From Lama guanicoe (Eukaryota): a DNA stretch of 64,000 bases. The stretch lies in the NCBI GenBank assembly GCA_013239625.1, contig MU053873.1, forward strand, positions 2,432,524 to 2,496,523, in the 5' to 3' direction. Below, one piece after another: positions 11,516 to 23,200 of this stretch (position 1 is its first letter; every line of letters begins with the position of its first letter). The notes below the pieces were generated by a model. The model was not told where the DNA came from and searched no databases. It worked only from the letters and a program-made list of their open reading frames with translations. The position numbers and the translations under genes were made by a program.

Positions 11516-12199
11516 AAAAATCATAATACATGGTATTGCTAACTATAATAATAATGATTATTATTGCCACAACAGGCAAATGGCTTGTACCAAGGCCCGC
11601 AAACTCAGACATGTTTCCAATCCCACTGATTAAGATGGGGACAGGCATCTGTGTCCCAGTCACGGCCCCTGTGGCTGAGAGCCCACCTTCCTACTAGACT
11701 GGCTCAGGCTCTGGACCCCCACAAACATCACCATCCCTGGGAGAGCCAACCACCCCCGAGACCCTTTGGAAAGACCTGCCCCAGAGATAAAAGCTGTTCC
11801 CACCCTGTTCTCACATTCCAGGCACCTTTCTGATGCTTTGGGGGTTTCTTCCCCCAACTTTGTCTGTAACTATTATAATTATGGTTTAACTCAACGTTGG
11901 CTCTGATAACCAAGTAGTTAATTAACAGCTCCAAACCTGAACCCAGGTTAATGGGGAGAGGGCGGCTTCTCTGGAAACCTTGGGGAAATCTTTCCACCCA
12001 TGAAGCCATCAGAACGCTATTACAGCTAACGGGGAAGACTGGAGGGGATCAAAACTCCAGCAAGGGGACTCTGAAAAGGCCTTTATTTATGTTTTTCTTC
12101 TTTATTCGAGTCTTCCCAGGAGGGGAGGAAAACACAGAACCCAGTTTTTCTGTTTCAGCTGCGTGGGTGTGAGCCCAACACACACAGCTCTTGGAGGCA

Positions 12200-13025
12200 A
12201 ACTAAAACCCGCTTATTTTCATTGAAGGGGAGGAACCGAGACCAGAGGGACTCGGGCACTATTAGTTAAATAATGGTGCTTAAAAATGCATTGAATTTAG
12301 CTGCCTCCCTCCCCCCTAAAAAATCTGGAATTTTCCTATTGAGGATACTTTTTTCTCTTTGCCCATGAATATTAATGCTCCTCTCAGAGAGATCTACTTG
12401 AAAAAAACAAGAATAAATTAAATACCTACAGATTTTTCTAATTCCTCTTTTTGGTGACATGCCGTCATTACATCAAATTACTGAGATGGGCCTGCTCCCT
12501 TTTTTTTTCGTTTTGGGTGAAAATTATGGAATATAAAGTATATGTAAATGGAGCAAAGGAGGGAAAAAAAAACCTGTGAAGGAAGAATAGGGGAAGGAGA
12601 GGCATTAGGTATTCTGCCGGCGTAGTAGTCAGCCAATTAATCAAGCAGTGGCGAGAAAAAGATGCAGAAGGGATGAGTTCGCCCTTCACGTTGATGGGGC
12701 CGGCGCAGGGCAACACCACGGCACCTGAGCTCACGGTTAGGCATGCAGAAAGGGATCATGGGAATATCTTCCTGTCTTTGTCTTGCTCGTGAAGGATGGA
12801 AAATGTCAAGCTGTTGTTTGGCTGGATTGAGGGGGGTGGGGGAGAGTTGAGGCGAATTCACAGTCTGGCAAGGCAAGGTTTTAACTCTTTGAGGATATCT
12901 CTGCCTCCCCTCCCTCCAGCTCCACCTTCTTCTCCTTCTCCCAGTCCCCCTCACCCCCACCACATCTGTAGGGAACTCTCCCGGCAAACAGCAAGTGGGA
13001 GGGAGCTGATTGATGGTGACATGCG
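12200..13025. promoter_or_regulatory. Candidate enhancer / conserved non-coding element
   Basis: Repeat-free, TAAT-rich, CpG-retaining; TGATTGATGG 13007-13016 next to TGACAT; AGCCAATTAATCA 12631-12643. Confidence 0.55.
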
Positions 13026-13040
13026 AGCTGGGGCAGAGAA

Positions 13041-13052
13041 TGTGTGTGTGTG

Positions 13053-13092
<40 letters not shown>

Positions 13093-13119
13093 CGCGTGTG
13101 TGTGTGTGTGTGTGTGTGT
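13041..13119. repeat. (TG)n(CG)6(TG)n compound microsatellite
   Basis: Uninterrupted purine/pyrimidine alternation. Confidence 0.97.
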
Positions 13120-13945
13120 TCTTGTGCACATGTGTCAGGAGAGGGGGAACAAGAGGCATTTTTCCTCTTCCCCTTGGTGTTCTTTGTTTACTCTGAAAGT
13201 GAGCGTGCATGACCCCTTCCCTCTCCAGCCCTGTCACGTCCCCTTGGAAGTGAGCAGTGTCTCCAAATCTGAGAGTGGCTGTAAAAAGGAGAATGGCAGT
13301 AATGAGGACTTGCGGCTTTGGGGCTCCCTCTGTCTGGCCCTCGGTGTACTGAGCCCACCCAGGAGGCTGGCCTGCTAGGGTTCCCTGGTGCAGTCAGAAT
13401 TCCAGTGTGACTCTGATGAGCTGACCATCCCTGGGGCCAGAGGTAGAGGGACAGCCTCAGCCCAGGACTTCTCACCCACACCAACACCCACAACAGTAAC
13501 ACTGATGCGGACAATAACCATAGTGATAATCCACCACCTTCCATCAGCAACAACTTGCCCTGACTCCTTTAAACTCCCAAGTCATTTCACTCTTTTTAAA
13601 GTCTGGCAAATCCATGACTCCAAGGAAAGGTGTGTCATCAAATCACTCATTGAGAAAACGAGCATTTGATTCTCCTCACCTGCGCTAGGAAAGGGCCTTG
13701 AGTGGTCTACGTGGCCGATAAGATGCTGAGAGCAGAGATGGAAAGTGACTCGGTCCAGACTGGTAAGTTGCTGCAGAAGGGGCGCAAACCCACGTCTCCA
13801 GTTCTCACTCCAAAGGTCACTGTAATCCCAGCCAGAGGTGGATCATCAAGATGCCCCATAGCCTGCTGGGCCAACCTCACCAGGGCCAGCCCATGAACAC
13901 TGCCAGCTCATCATGCAGGCACGGTGTGAGCCCCAGATACTAGAA

Positions 13946-14106
13946 CAAATCTGTACTCAAAGTGTTGTCCACGGACCAGCAGCATCCTATCACCTGACAG
14001 AGAGCTGGCTAGAAATGCACAATCTCTGGCCCCGCCCAACTCAATCAGAATTTGCATTCCAACATCTCAGGTGATACGTGAGCACACTCGAGTGTGAGAA
14101 ACACTG
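13946..14106 (+). mobile_element. MER5A DNA transposon
   Basis: ctcaaagtgt...ggaccagcagcatc...agaaatgca...tgagaaacactg. Confidence 0.85.
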
Positions 14107-14199
14107 TTAACAGAAACTTCCCCCACATTCATAATCTGAAATCTGGATGAGTTCGCCAATCAAAGGCAGCTTCCACTCCATGAAATATGCTAGCGGGTA

Positions 14200-14365
14200 G
14201 CATCTGCTTAGATGGAGTGTGGGCACTGTGCTGGTGTGCTACGTACCTGATCTCAGCCCATCCTCACAACCTATGAGATGGGCACTGTTGATAGCTCACA
14301 TTACAGATGAGGTCACTGAGGCACAGAGAGGTAAGCGGACTTGCCCAAGGTCACACAGCCAGTAA
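14200..14365 (-). mobile_element. MIR SINE
   Basis: attacagatgaggtcactgaggcacagagaggtaag...cccaaggtcacacagc. Confidence 0.9.
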
Positions 14366-14531
14366 CTTATTGAAACACAGACTTGTTGAAACACACATTT
14401 TTGGGTCCCACCCCAAAGTTTCTGTTTCAGAGGCCTGGGGTCGGGGAAGCCCAAGAATTTGCATTTGTAACAAGTTCCCAGGCAGCAATGCTGATGTTGC
14501 AAATCTGGGGACCACACCTTGAGAACTGCTG
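14366..14531 (-). mobile_element. MER5A DNA transposon
   Basis: cccaagaatttgcatttgtaacaagttcccagg...ggaccacaccttgagaac. Confidence 0.85.
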
Positions 14532-15211
14532 CTCACTGCAGGGTCATCACTTCTGTTAAGAAACAAACTAGTTTAATTCAGAACTTCAACCAAATATGAT
14601 CAAGATGTGAGTCTGCGCCCTTCCCCAAAAAAGAATAAAAAAGAGGGCATGGGTGAGTGGGAAACCTCAAACAACTTAAATATAAACAGATAAAGTGAAA
14701 GGCGCTCCAGAGAAGGTCCAATTGCCTCTTGATGACCCCCTACTTGGTGGCAGACGCTCCTCACGGCCGTGGCTAATTGAGGGTACATTGCAGCATCATA
14801 GCTGTAATAATCCTTTCCCTTATTTAATCTCGATGATACATAGTGTTATAATGAGTTTCCTTCCTCTGTTCATTGAACAGACATTTACAAGGCCCAGCCT
14901 GTCCTGGCAGGCTCTGTGCAGGTCACCAGTGACCCAGACAGATGGGACAAGGGCCCTGTCCTCTGACAACTCCCAAGTGGCTGGCCTCGCCCCTCTACCT
15001 CACGGGAAGATGTGCTTATTCTGAGGGAGGGGGTCCTGAAAGGGAGTCACAGATGAATGTTTATTTCTTATAGCCATATGCTTTTTGGAAAAGTTATACT
15101 TATTAATAGACTAAAAAACAAGTGTAAAATTCAAAACTGAAAACAAAACCCCGAAGTCCATCTCTTCAAGGATAATCACTTCAATTTTTTTGGCAAACAT
15201 CCTTTTAAGAG

Positions 15212-15340
15212 CTCTCTATCTCTGTGTCTCTCTCTTTCCCTCCCTCTCTCTTCTCTTCTCTTCCTTCCATCCTTCCCTTCCTCCTCCCCCCCTTCTCCTG
15301 CTCCTTTTCTCTCTTCTTCTCTCTCCCTCCCTTCCTCCCC
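15212..15340. repeat. CT-rich low-complexity tract
   Basis: Polypyrimidine run. Confidence 0.8.
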
Positions 15341-15439
15341 ACAACACAGATTTATAACTAGACATGCATCTCCACATTTGAGAGAAGTAGTGGGAAAAGG
15401 CTAGACATTCACCAGCCAGTTATGGGCCAAAAGGTGTCA

Positions 15440-15760
15440 GGGCAAAGGGAAAACACGCTGAGACCCAGAAGTGTGAAATGACACAGGGGGTGGCAGCGCT
15501 GTAGCACTGACCTGAGGATGGAGGTAGGAGGGGTTAGCAGCAGGTAAGCCTGGGCGTTCATGCCATGGAAGGTCCACTAGGCCCTGGTGTGCAGCTGCAC
15601 TTCACCCTAAAAGAAAAAGGGAGCCATGGAAGGGTCTAGGCAGGGAAAAGACTGGGTTTATTTTGCCTTTTAAAAAGAGCTCTCAGGTGGCTGGCACGGG
15701 GATGGACTGAAAGGACAGATGCTGGAAGGAGGGAGGCTGGCTGCCTGCATCAGATTTGCC
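15440..15760 (-). mobile_element. L2 internal fragment
   Basis: gggagccatggaaggg...ttttaaaaagagctctcaggtggct. Confidence 0.6.
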
Positions 15761-16186
15761 AGAGCTAAGGAATTTTTAAAAGAACAGTGACAAGATGCCA
15801 ATGAAAGGGATTCTGTTTGGGTGCTGGGCATTTCCTGATCAAGGGGGAAAGGAATCTGGCTTCTGATGCCTCCCTCCTGCAAACTGCAAGGAGATATAGC
15901 AAAAAAATGCCCCAGACTTCCCCTGTGCAGGTCTCTTCACCTCTCTGAATCTCAGTTTCCACATCTGTAAAATAGAATTCAAATTTCAACTTTGCAATGT
16001 GTTCAAACAACAAATAGAAACACCTGGATTTTGCAAATGACAATGTTCTTTACCGCGAGTGACCACGGTAGCTGCTAGTGTCCTTACGGCTGACTGTGTC
16101 TGTAGCTCTTTACTTATTTCCTAGACCTTTTCGCAGCCCACTTTCTGCATCTGTTCTCATGCGTCTTTCCTCTTCTGCCTATAGAG

Positions 16187-16361
16187 CAGTGCTGCTGATG
16201 TGGACACTGACGATGAAAACATTGTAGATCTGTGCTATCCAGTCCAAGAGCCACTAGTTTCACGTGGAGCACTTGTAATATGGCTGGTGTTTCATTTAGT
16301 TATATTTAATTTACATGTAGATTTAGATAGCCACAGATGTCTAACATTTTGGACAGCACAA
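16187..16361 (+). mobile_element. MER3 DNA transposon
   Basis: cagtgctg...atctgtgctatcca...agccactag...atagccaca...ttggacagcaca. Confidence 0.85.
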
Positions 16362-16379
16362 ACCTTGTAAATGATGACA

Positions 16380-16480
16380 CTACCCTGTAAGGGAGGCATT
16401 GTCAGCCCCAGTGTATAGATGGTGAAACTGAGGCAAGGAGAGGTGAAGCCACTTGCCTAAGGTTGCACAGCCCAAAAGCA
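16380..16480 (-). mobile_element. MIR SINE fragment
   Basis: atagatggtgaaactgaggc...cttgcctaaggttgcacagc. Confidence 0.8.
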
Positions 16481-17399
16481 TCAGACCCTAGCCCTGTAGC
16501 AGGGTTGCAGGTTCCGGGGTGGTGGCTGGACTGCACCACCTTTGTGTGGTGGGTGGAGAAAGGAGGGCAGTCTACAGTGTCTTTCCTGGAGGGACACAAG
16601 CTTCCTTCCTGCTGTGAGCCCTCCCACCCCAGAGGATGGTAGCCTCTGAGCCACAGGGCTTTCTTTGGAAGGATACAATTGCTCTTTCTCCACTCAAGTC
16701 TCCCTCATTGGGGCGTGCCTTCCTGCAATTTATTCTTCCTGGAATGGGTCTGCCCTGGGTCTCTATAAGTACTGTGAGTTTCTGAAGTGCTCATGTAGAG
16801 ATAATGCGTTCCTACTTTTGGAGAAGAAACACCTCCACCCTAATAGCCCCAGGAAAGAGTATGAGCTGGGGACTGAAGACCTGGTTCTGGACTTGGTTCA
16901 GGCACTGTGTAAGCCTCTCTGGGTCTCAGTGATCCCATCTATTAAGTGGGCAGGTCTGCCAGGAGCTCTGTAAGCCTAGCTTTGACACTCTTTGGCTCTG
17001 AGTCTCAGGTTTCTGATTTGAGTGCTAGACTCTTGAGAACCCACCTGGTAACCTAGGCAGCCATCTGCTTAGGTGGTGGTACCCATCCTAGGCGCATTCG
17101 TGTTCTCGGCTCCAGAGTCTCCCTTTAACACGCAAATGCCCCAATCAGAAGATAACATTCCCACCATGAAGAAGTGCATGGAGCCCGCAGGTGTGTGCGT
17201 GGAGGGAGTGTAGATCCTGAATGGGAGGGCTGGCATCTTAGGAGGCAGGCAACCCTGAGTGCGGGGGCGCTCCCTCTGTTCCTACCCACGACCACACCTG
17301 TCCTCGCCGTTCTGTCTAAGAACAGAAATAACTGGCTCTGGAAGAGCTGAGTCCTGGAAAACCTTATCCCACCTCTTCTTGGTATTTTGTGAGTAATAT

Positions 17400-17645
17400 T
17401 ATAGAAGATGTGTGAATGTGATGCTCACAATCAATTCTTAAGTGGAAAAAAAATAAGTGAGAAAAGCAAGTTACAGGGTACAATGTATGGTATGATGCTA
17501 TATTTTAAAGATATATACTATTTAAACATATATTTATATGTATAAGTGTAAGTTTTATGGGGAAATGATCCTGGAGGCACATACAGCAAAATGCTAATGG
17601 TCGCTTTCTCTGGGAAGTAGAAAAAGGGATTTTTAAAAATTTTCT
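17400..17645 (+). mobile_element. L1ME-like 3' fragment
   Basis: ttaagtggaaaaaaa...gcaagttaca...tatggtatgat. Confidence 0.55.
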
Positions 17646-17704
17646 TTCCCCAGCTCCATGACCTGCAAGTTGCTGAAGCTTGGATGGCATGATGGTTTAC
17701 CCAT

Positions 17705-17776
17705 TTCTATACAGTCAGCATCTGGCATAGCACTGACACGTAGTAGGTGCACAATAGATATTTGCTGAATGGATGG
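17705..17776 (+). mobile_element. L2 3' end
   Basis: ctgacacgtagtaggtgcacaatagatatttgctgaatg. Confidence 0.8.
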
Positions 17777-18059
17777 AGAAGAATTTTCCTGCACATTTTC
17801 TGTAATGCATGTGCTTTATAAAGAGAAAAAGTAAGTGCTTCACTGTTAGGTAAATACTTTTCAGGTAGGCAGGTAACTAACTGGTCTAAATGAAGTGCTA
17901 TTATGGGGGCCTGCATAGAAGAAGGAAGGCTGCTCAGGGCAAGGATGGAGACAGGGGAGAGCGCGATGATACCACATGGGTGGCAGGCACGCGGTGGTCA
18001 GGGAAGGTCTCTCAGGGCAGACGATGGCCAAGCTGGGAGGGATGATGGTGGTGGTGATG

Positions 18060-18275
18060 ATGGCAGCAGCTCAGTTTACTGAGCACCTACTATGTGTCCA
18101 ACCCCACCTGAGTGCTTCACCTGCACTCACTTAATCCTTCCGGCCCCCTTCCTCCCTCCTAAACAGATGAGGAAACTGAGGCACAGAGAGGGATAGGAGC
18201 TTGCCCAAGGCCACATAGCTGGTAAGTGACAGGGAGGGTTGGAAATCCCACCCCAGCATCTGACTACGGGAACCC
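18060..18275 (-). mobile_element. MIR SINE
   Basis: tttactgagcacctactatgtg...acagatgaggaaactgaggcacagagagg. Confidence 0.92.
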
Positions 18276-18719
18276 CCTTACCTACTTAGCCCAGGCCCTT
18301 CCTGGAAGCATGCGAATGAGGGAACAGACAGCGCACGGTCCAACCCACTGCCAAGTTATTTGCAGTGATAAATAACACGTGTAACAGAAGTTTATACAAA
18401 TCGTTAGTGGAGGATTTACGTGGCGAAGGCTGGGGCAATGGCCTGTGACCAGTACCTGTAGCTGTTAGCGCTCCACAAAATGACAGCATCGCTGCCCACT
18501 GAAACCTGCAGCTCTCCCCAGGGATGCTGGCAGTCTGGCACAGCTGGAAGCCAACTCGCTCTGGGGCTCTGGACACATGGTCCCCTGATGGGCTACCATG
18601 GACCCAGCCAGGGGTAGGAGGAGGGGGTAAATCCTCCAGGGCAGTGCAACCAAATGTTGAGGTGGTGGGTGCAAAAGAAAAAACACCTTCCTCCCTCCCT
18701 TACTTTCCTACTTCTTCCT

Positions 18720-19356
18720 TTCCTTCCTCCCCTGAGCAAACAATTATTGAATACCTACTATGTACTATGCATTAAGCTAAGGGACAGGATCTAATGTAAG
18801 CAAAGCAGGCTGAGTTCTTGCCCTCAGGGAGTTGAGGAGACTCGATAAAAATCTAACCATGCAAATAAGGGAACAACACTGTTGCATGAGTGTATAATGA
18901 ATAGATCTGACCCAGGTTAGGGGAGGTATCGAGGGGGATGGGAGAGACTTGCATGAAGAAGCGATGCTTGATCTGAAGTTCAAGAGAGCAGAAGGTGAAA
19001 AGCACCTGAAGTAGGCAACATGAACAGTACGTGCAAAAGTCCTGAGGCAGGATCAAGTTGCCAAGAGATGACTTATACACCTGAAGCTCAGAGACTGAGA
19101 GAGGAGAGGGTAGAGATGTGGGTTTGGAGAGGTAAGCAAGGGGCAAATCTCATGAGGCTGTGTGGGTCACACTACGGGATTAGCCCTAACAGCAGTGGAA
19201 AGGGCGGGGTATGTACTAACTTGATCACATCTGCACTTTTTAAAACCCCACTGCTGTGGAGTGGAGGATCGATAGGTGGGCTGGCCAGAATGGACTCAAG
19301 GAAACCAGTAAGGAGACTCCTGCGGTTATCATGTGAGGGACGATGGTAGTTTGGGT
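18720..19356 (-). mobile_element. L2 LINE 3' portion
   Basis: ttattgaatacctactatgt...gccctcagggagtt...gtgcaaaagtcctgaggcagg...ggaaaccagtaaggagact. Confidence 0.85.
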
Positions 19357-19369
19357 AACTCCTTGGAGG

Positions 19370-19500
19370 ATTTGGTTCAAATCTGGTTCAGTTCAGTGGT
19401 CTTGGGTAATCGACTTCCTCTTTCTGAGGCTCAGTGTCATCATCTATAAAATGGGGATACTACTACTCACCATGCCAGGCTACTAAGAAGATACTAAACA
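19370..19500 (+). mobile_element. MIR SINE
   Basis: ctcagtgtcatcatctataaaatggggata. Confidence 0.8.
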
Positions 19501-20271
19501 ATGTTAAATCTCATATTCTAGCAAAGGAAAGAATATCAGAAGCTGCCTCGAATCTCAGTTAAGTTCTGCCCTTTGATTCTCTGATTTGATCTTGAAATAA
19601 TCTAAGCCCCACCTTTTTTTTTTAACCTTTTTAAAGGATATGCAGGGGACAACGTCCTCTCAGAAGATGATCTGGCCTTGGTGGACACAGCCACTGCAGG
19701 ACTAGATGATCTCTTAACAGTCACCTGGTTGAGGTTCAACCACTCAGCTCAACATTCAAAACTTTCCACAGTCCAGCCCCAGCTTCCAGCCTCCCTGGGC
19801 AGACAGAAAATAAGAAGATAGCAGGACAGGACTCATGGCCCTTGTGGAGTGTGTTGGAGTCCTGTTTCTGTGTGCATTCTTCCTGAAGCACAGTGGAAAG
19901 CCAGGGAAAAGTCTGAAGTAGGAGAGTGACAGAACCACATTTCCAAATGTTTGTAATTTAACATGGTTAGCCAAAGGGCAGAGAATAGATGGAAGAGAAG
20001 TAAGACTGGAAAGAGGGGGTGGAGATGGAGAGAAGTGGACAATTTCAAGATGAAATCTACAATTAGAATGGATGGAGTGAGGAACAGGCTAGGGAGTGCA
20101 GAGATACAGGGAGGAGCCAGGGGTGACTTCCAGGATGGGGCCTGAGCAACTTAAGCTCCTTCAGCTAAAGGACTCTCACATTCATCACTGTATCCATGAC
20201 ACCTGGCACACAGAGGGTGCTCCATGTCTGATCTTGGAATAAAATGATAACAGAATTCAGGGCTTCCTGAA

Positions 20272-21382
20272 CAAGTGTTTCTTCATGGAGGTAGTACCAT
20301 CCCCAACGGGAATTTGGGGAATGCAGGGAATGGGGTATTATCCTGGTCCACTGTTTCTCAAGGTGGGGGAAGTATTTTGCACCCCCAGAGGAAACCCGGC
20401 AGTATCTAGAGATATTTTTGGTTGTCACAACTTGGGGCGAGGTGGGGGGAGAGTTGCTGCTGGCATCCAGTAGGTGGAGGCCACAGATGCTGCCAAGCAG
20501 CCTACAATGCACAGGACAGCCCCCACAACAAGTAACTATCCAGCCCAAAATGTCAGTTGTGCCAAGGTGGAGAAACCCCACCTGAGACATTGGGAAGTAC
20601 CAAACCAGCCATCTGGACATGCAACCCCCAGCACGTCCCACACCAAGAAGAATGGTCCCAAGTCTTTGGCAAATTTCAAAAGTCCTTCTGGATATTCATG
20701 TAGGTAAATTTTTTACTTAATAATTATCTGAGTCTGGACCATAAATCCATCTTAAATACAACACAATCTTTTTTTTTTTTGGCACAGTCGCACAGTTGGG
20801 ATTTTCCTGGAATGAAGCTGCAATATAAATTGGGGGAAGGCGGTGCTTGTCTTTATCCAAAATTCTGTCAAGAGTTGTTTTCCATTTTGGAGAATCCAGG
20901 CATTGGCCTCAAAGCTGCTCGTGGAGTGTTAGTTTCTACAACACACCTGCGTCGGTCGACATTTGCAGCAGCCCTACTAACAGTGATGCCACCCGTACAC
21001 ATGAATATACTAATTTAGCTCTTATTTCAAAATGTCAAATATAGAGAAAAAATGTCGACAATATTCAACTGAATATTTGTCTAAAATCTCAACTTATTCA
21101 TTATAAGTAGGTACAAGCATCAGGCTGCTTCATTATGTCTCCTGGCAGATAGTGGTTTCCCGATAATTTACATATTGAAATAGCTATTATTTTATTATAA
21201 ACTGCTTTCATTTTATTCCTCCTTTATATTACAGTTAGGGCATTATATTGATTTTTTTTGAAATTATGTGTGTATGAAGATGAAATGCATGAATTTCATT
21301 TCAGGATGGTAAAGTGGGTGTTATAAAATAGATGTAATGAAAAAAGAGTGTTGGATCTGCTGGAGTAGAGACCTGAAGTCCT
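20272..21382 (+). mobile_element. MER20B/Charlie24-like hAT element (interrupted by MER20)
   Basis: gatattcatgtaggt, caagagttgttttccattttgga, acaacacacctg, ttacagttagggcattatattgattttttttgaaattatgtgtgta. Confidence 0.8.
20349..20580 (+). mobile_element. MER20 DNA transposon
   Basis: gtttctcaa...gatatttttggttgtcacaact...ctggcatccagtaggtggaggcc...aatgcacaggacagcccc...gagaaaccc. Confidence 0.95.
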
Positions 21383-21389
21383 AGACTAG

Positions 21390-22005
21390 TTCCCATATTG
21401 ATGGGGGAACATTGGCATTTAAGCTACAAAAGACAGAGTCTCTAGATATACTATAACTCACAAAACAATCCCACTCTGTAAAGAATTTCCCTGAGTCTCA
21501 CATGAATCTTCAGTGTTCTGCAGAGTATTCATGAAGGCAAACCTCTGTTTATAATCATCTGAGTCTATCTACTTTATGAGTCAGTTTTTGCTGTGTAACA
21601 AACAATACCAAAAACCTCAGTGGCCAACAAGAAGCATTTGTTTCCCTTACTCACAGATCTACAGGTGAGCTCAACTTGACTCTAGGCTGCTCCACCTGTC
21701 TCTCTTCCTCCATAGACCAGCATCTTCCAAGGGCATGCCATTCTCAAGGAAATTGCAAGAGTGCAAGAGGTCAAGCCTCTCCTTGCACCATCTGCTCACA
21801 GGCCATTGGTTGAAGTAAGTCACATGGCCAGGACCAATAAAAACTGGATGAGGAAATAAGCCCCACCTCCAGGGGGAAGGGCTGCAAGGTCACATGACAA
21901 AGAGTATGGGTATATGAACATGTGAAGAAATTGGAAGTAATATACCCAATCTATGTTTTACATCTAAACACAAATTACTGTCACAGTTTTCTTTTCCATG
22001 CTTAA
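21390..22005 (+). mobile_element. Second MER20B-like fragment (interrupted by MLT1)
   Basis: tattcatgaagg...ctgtttataatcatctgagtcta, resuming as ttttacatctaaacacaaa after 21954. Confidence 0.65.
21573..21953 (-). mobile_element. MLT1H/I-like LTR
   Basis: tttgctgtgtaacaaac...ctcagtggc...ccattggttgaagtaagtcacatggcca...aaggtcacatg. Confidence 0.8.
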
Positions 22006-22104
22006 TAAAAGCTTATTGGATAAATCCTTTCAGTACAGAGTGTAAAAATGGCACAAAAATTCTGAAAGAGGAAAGAAAAGGGTGGGTAAACCCACTTACC
22101 CCAA

Positions 22105-22325
22105 CTCTCATAATTCCTGTATTGAAAACCTACTATGTGCCAGACACTATGTATAAGCTACTTTTGTACTCACAACAATCTGTGATTGTCTTCATTTTAC
22201 AGATGATAAAACAGAGGCTCAGAGAGGTTAAGAAACTCACTCGATGTCACACAGCTCACTGATGTTGGAGCCACCATTCAAACTTACACACACTAGAGTC
22301 CAAACCCTGAATGCTTTCTATTTCA
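22105..22325 (-). mobile_element. MIR SINE
   Basis: cctactatgtgccagacact...ttttacagatgataaaacagaggctcagagaggttaag. Confidence 0.92.
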
Positions 22326-22479
22326 TCAGGGCATCACTCTGTGGATTTGAAGAACCAACCTTGACCCATTCCCTCCCAGGAAACCCTCAGCTATTGGACC
22401 TGGGCTCTAACGTTGGCTTAAGTCATTTCGAGCTGTTGGAAGGCAAGTTGAGTAACAGGGACATGTGACATTTATTTAG

Positions 22480-23200
22480 TTACATATCTCTGGTGGGAGG
22501 TTTCGGGGGCCATTAATGTAGTGTGTCTGCATGGCTAGTTTACATGCTACTTCTTGTTATTGCTGTCTCTATTCCATGGCCCTCACACTCAATTTCAATT
22601 CAAAGTTTGGCAGTCAAGGTGTCAGAGCTAAAAAATGGAATGGCCTCCCTCTGAAATGAAATAATTTTGTTGTTCAGTTCCGAGCGATTTTGTAATTTCA
22701 TGCTTGTGTATGATAATTTTATGCTGTCCTGCCTCACGTAACTCAGTTCTGGCAGATCCTGACAGGTGATAAATACAATCTTTTCCGCCCCGCATGCGAC
22801 AGGCCGGTGCGAGGGGGGAGAAGAAAACGGCAATTTCACATCTGAGGCCAGTGCAGAACTGGAGGCCGCAGCAGCCCCATTCTTTCATAATTTCACGCCT
22901 GGATTCCAGCCGGCGCCACCTCTGTTGTGGCTGAAGGACCCACGGGTCAAGGGAGCCTTCCTGAAAATAGAATGGCATTGGGCAGGGGCCAGGGCATTGG
23001 TGGTTGGGGAGGGGATGAGGAGAAAGTTATGACTTTGGGCCCGCCCTGGGCTGGCACATGGTGGACTGGCAATGTTCAGGTGACAGTGCTGCTCCCTGCT
23101 TGTGTCCTGTCCTCCATGTGCTCCTGTAGAACGAATTCCTCCTGGAGGAATTATTTTTACAGATCTGTCCAACATTTGAAAAACAGGTATTTCCAGTAAA
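22480..23200. promoter_or_regulatory. Candidate enhancer / conserved non-coding element
   Basis: Repeat-free, CpG-retaining; three AATTTCAY PAX-like sites; TGACAGGTGATAA at 22760-22772. Confidence 0.55.

Noticed and set aside
12637..13378. ORFs with THTH/VCVC repeats
   Set aside because: Microsatellite translations
22912..22930. CTCF-like GCGCCACCT
   Set aside because: The second half does not match the required NGYGG
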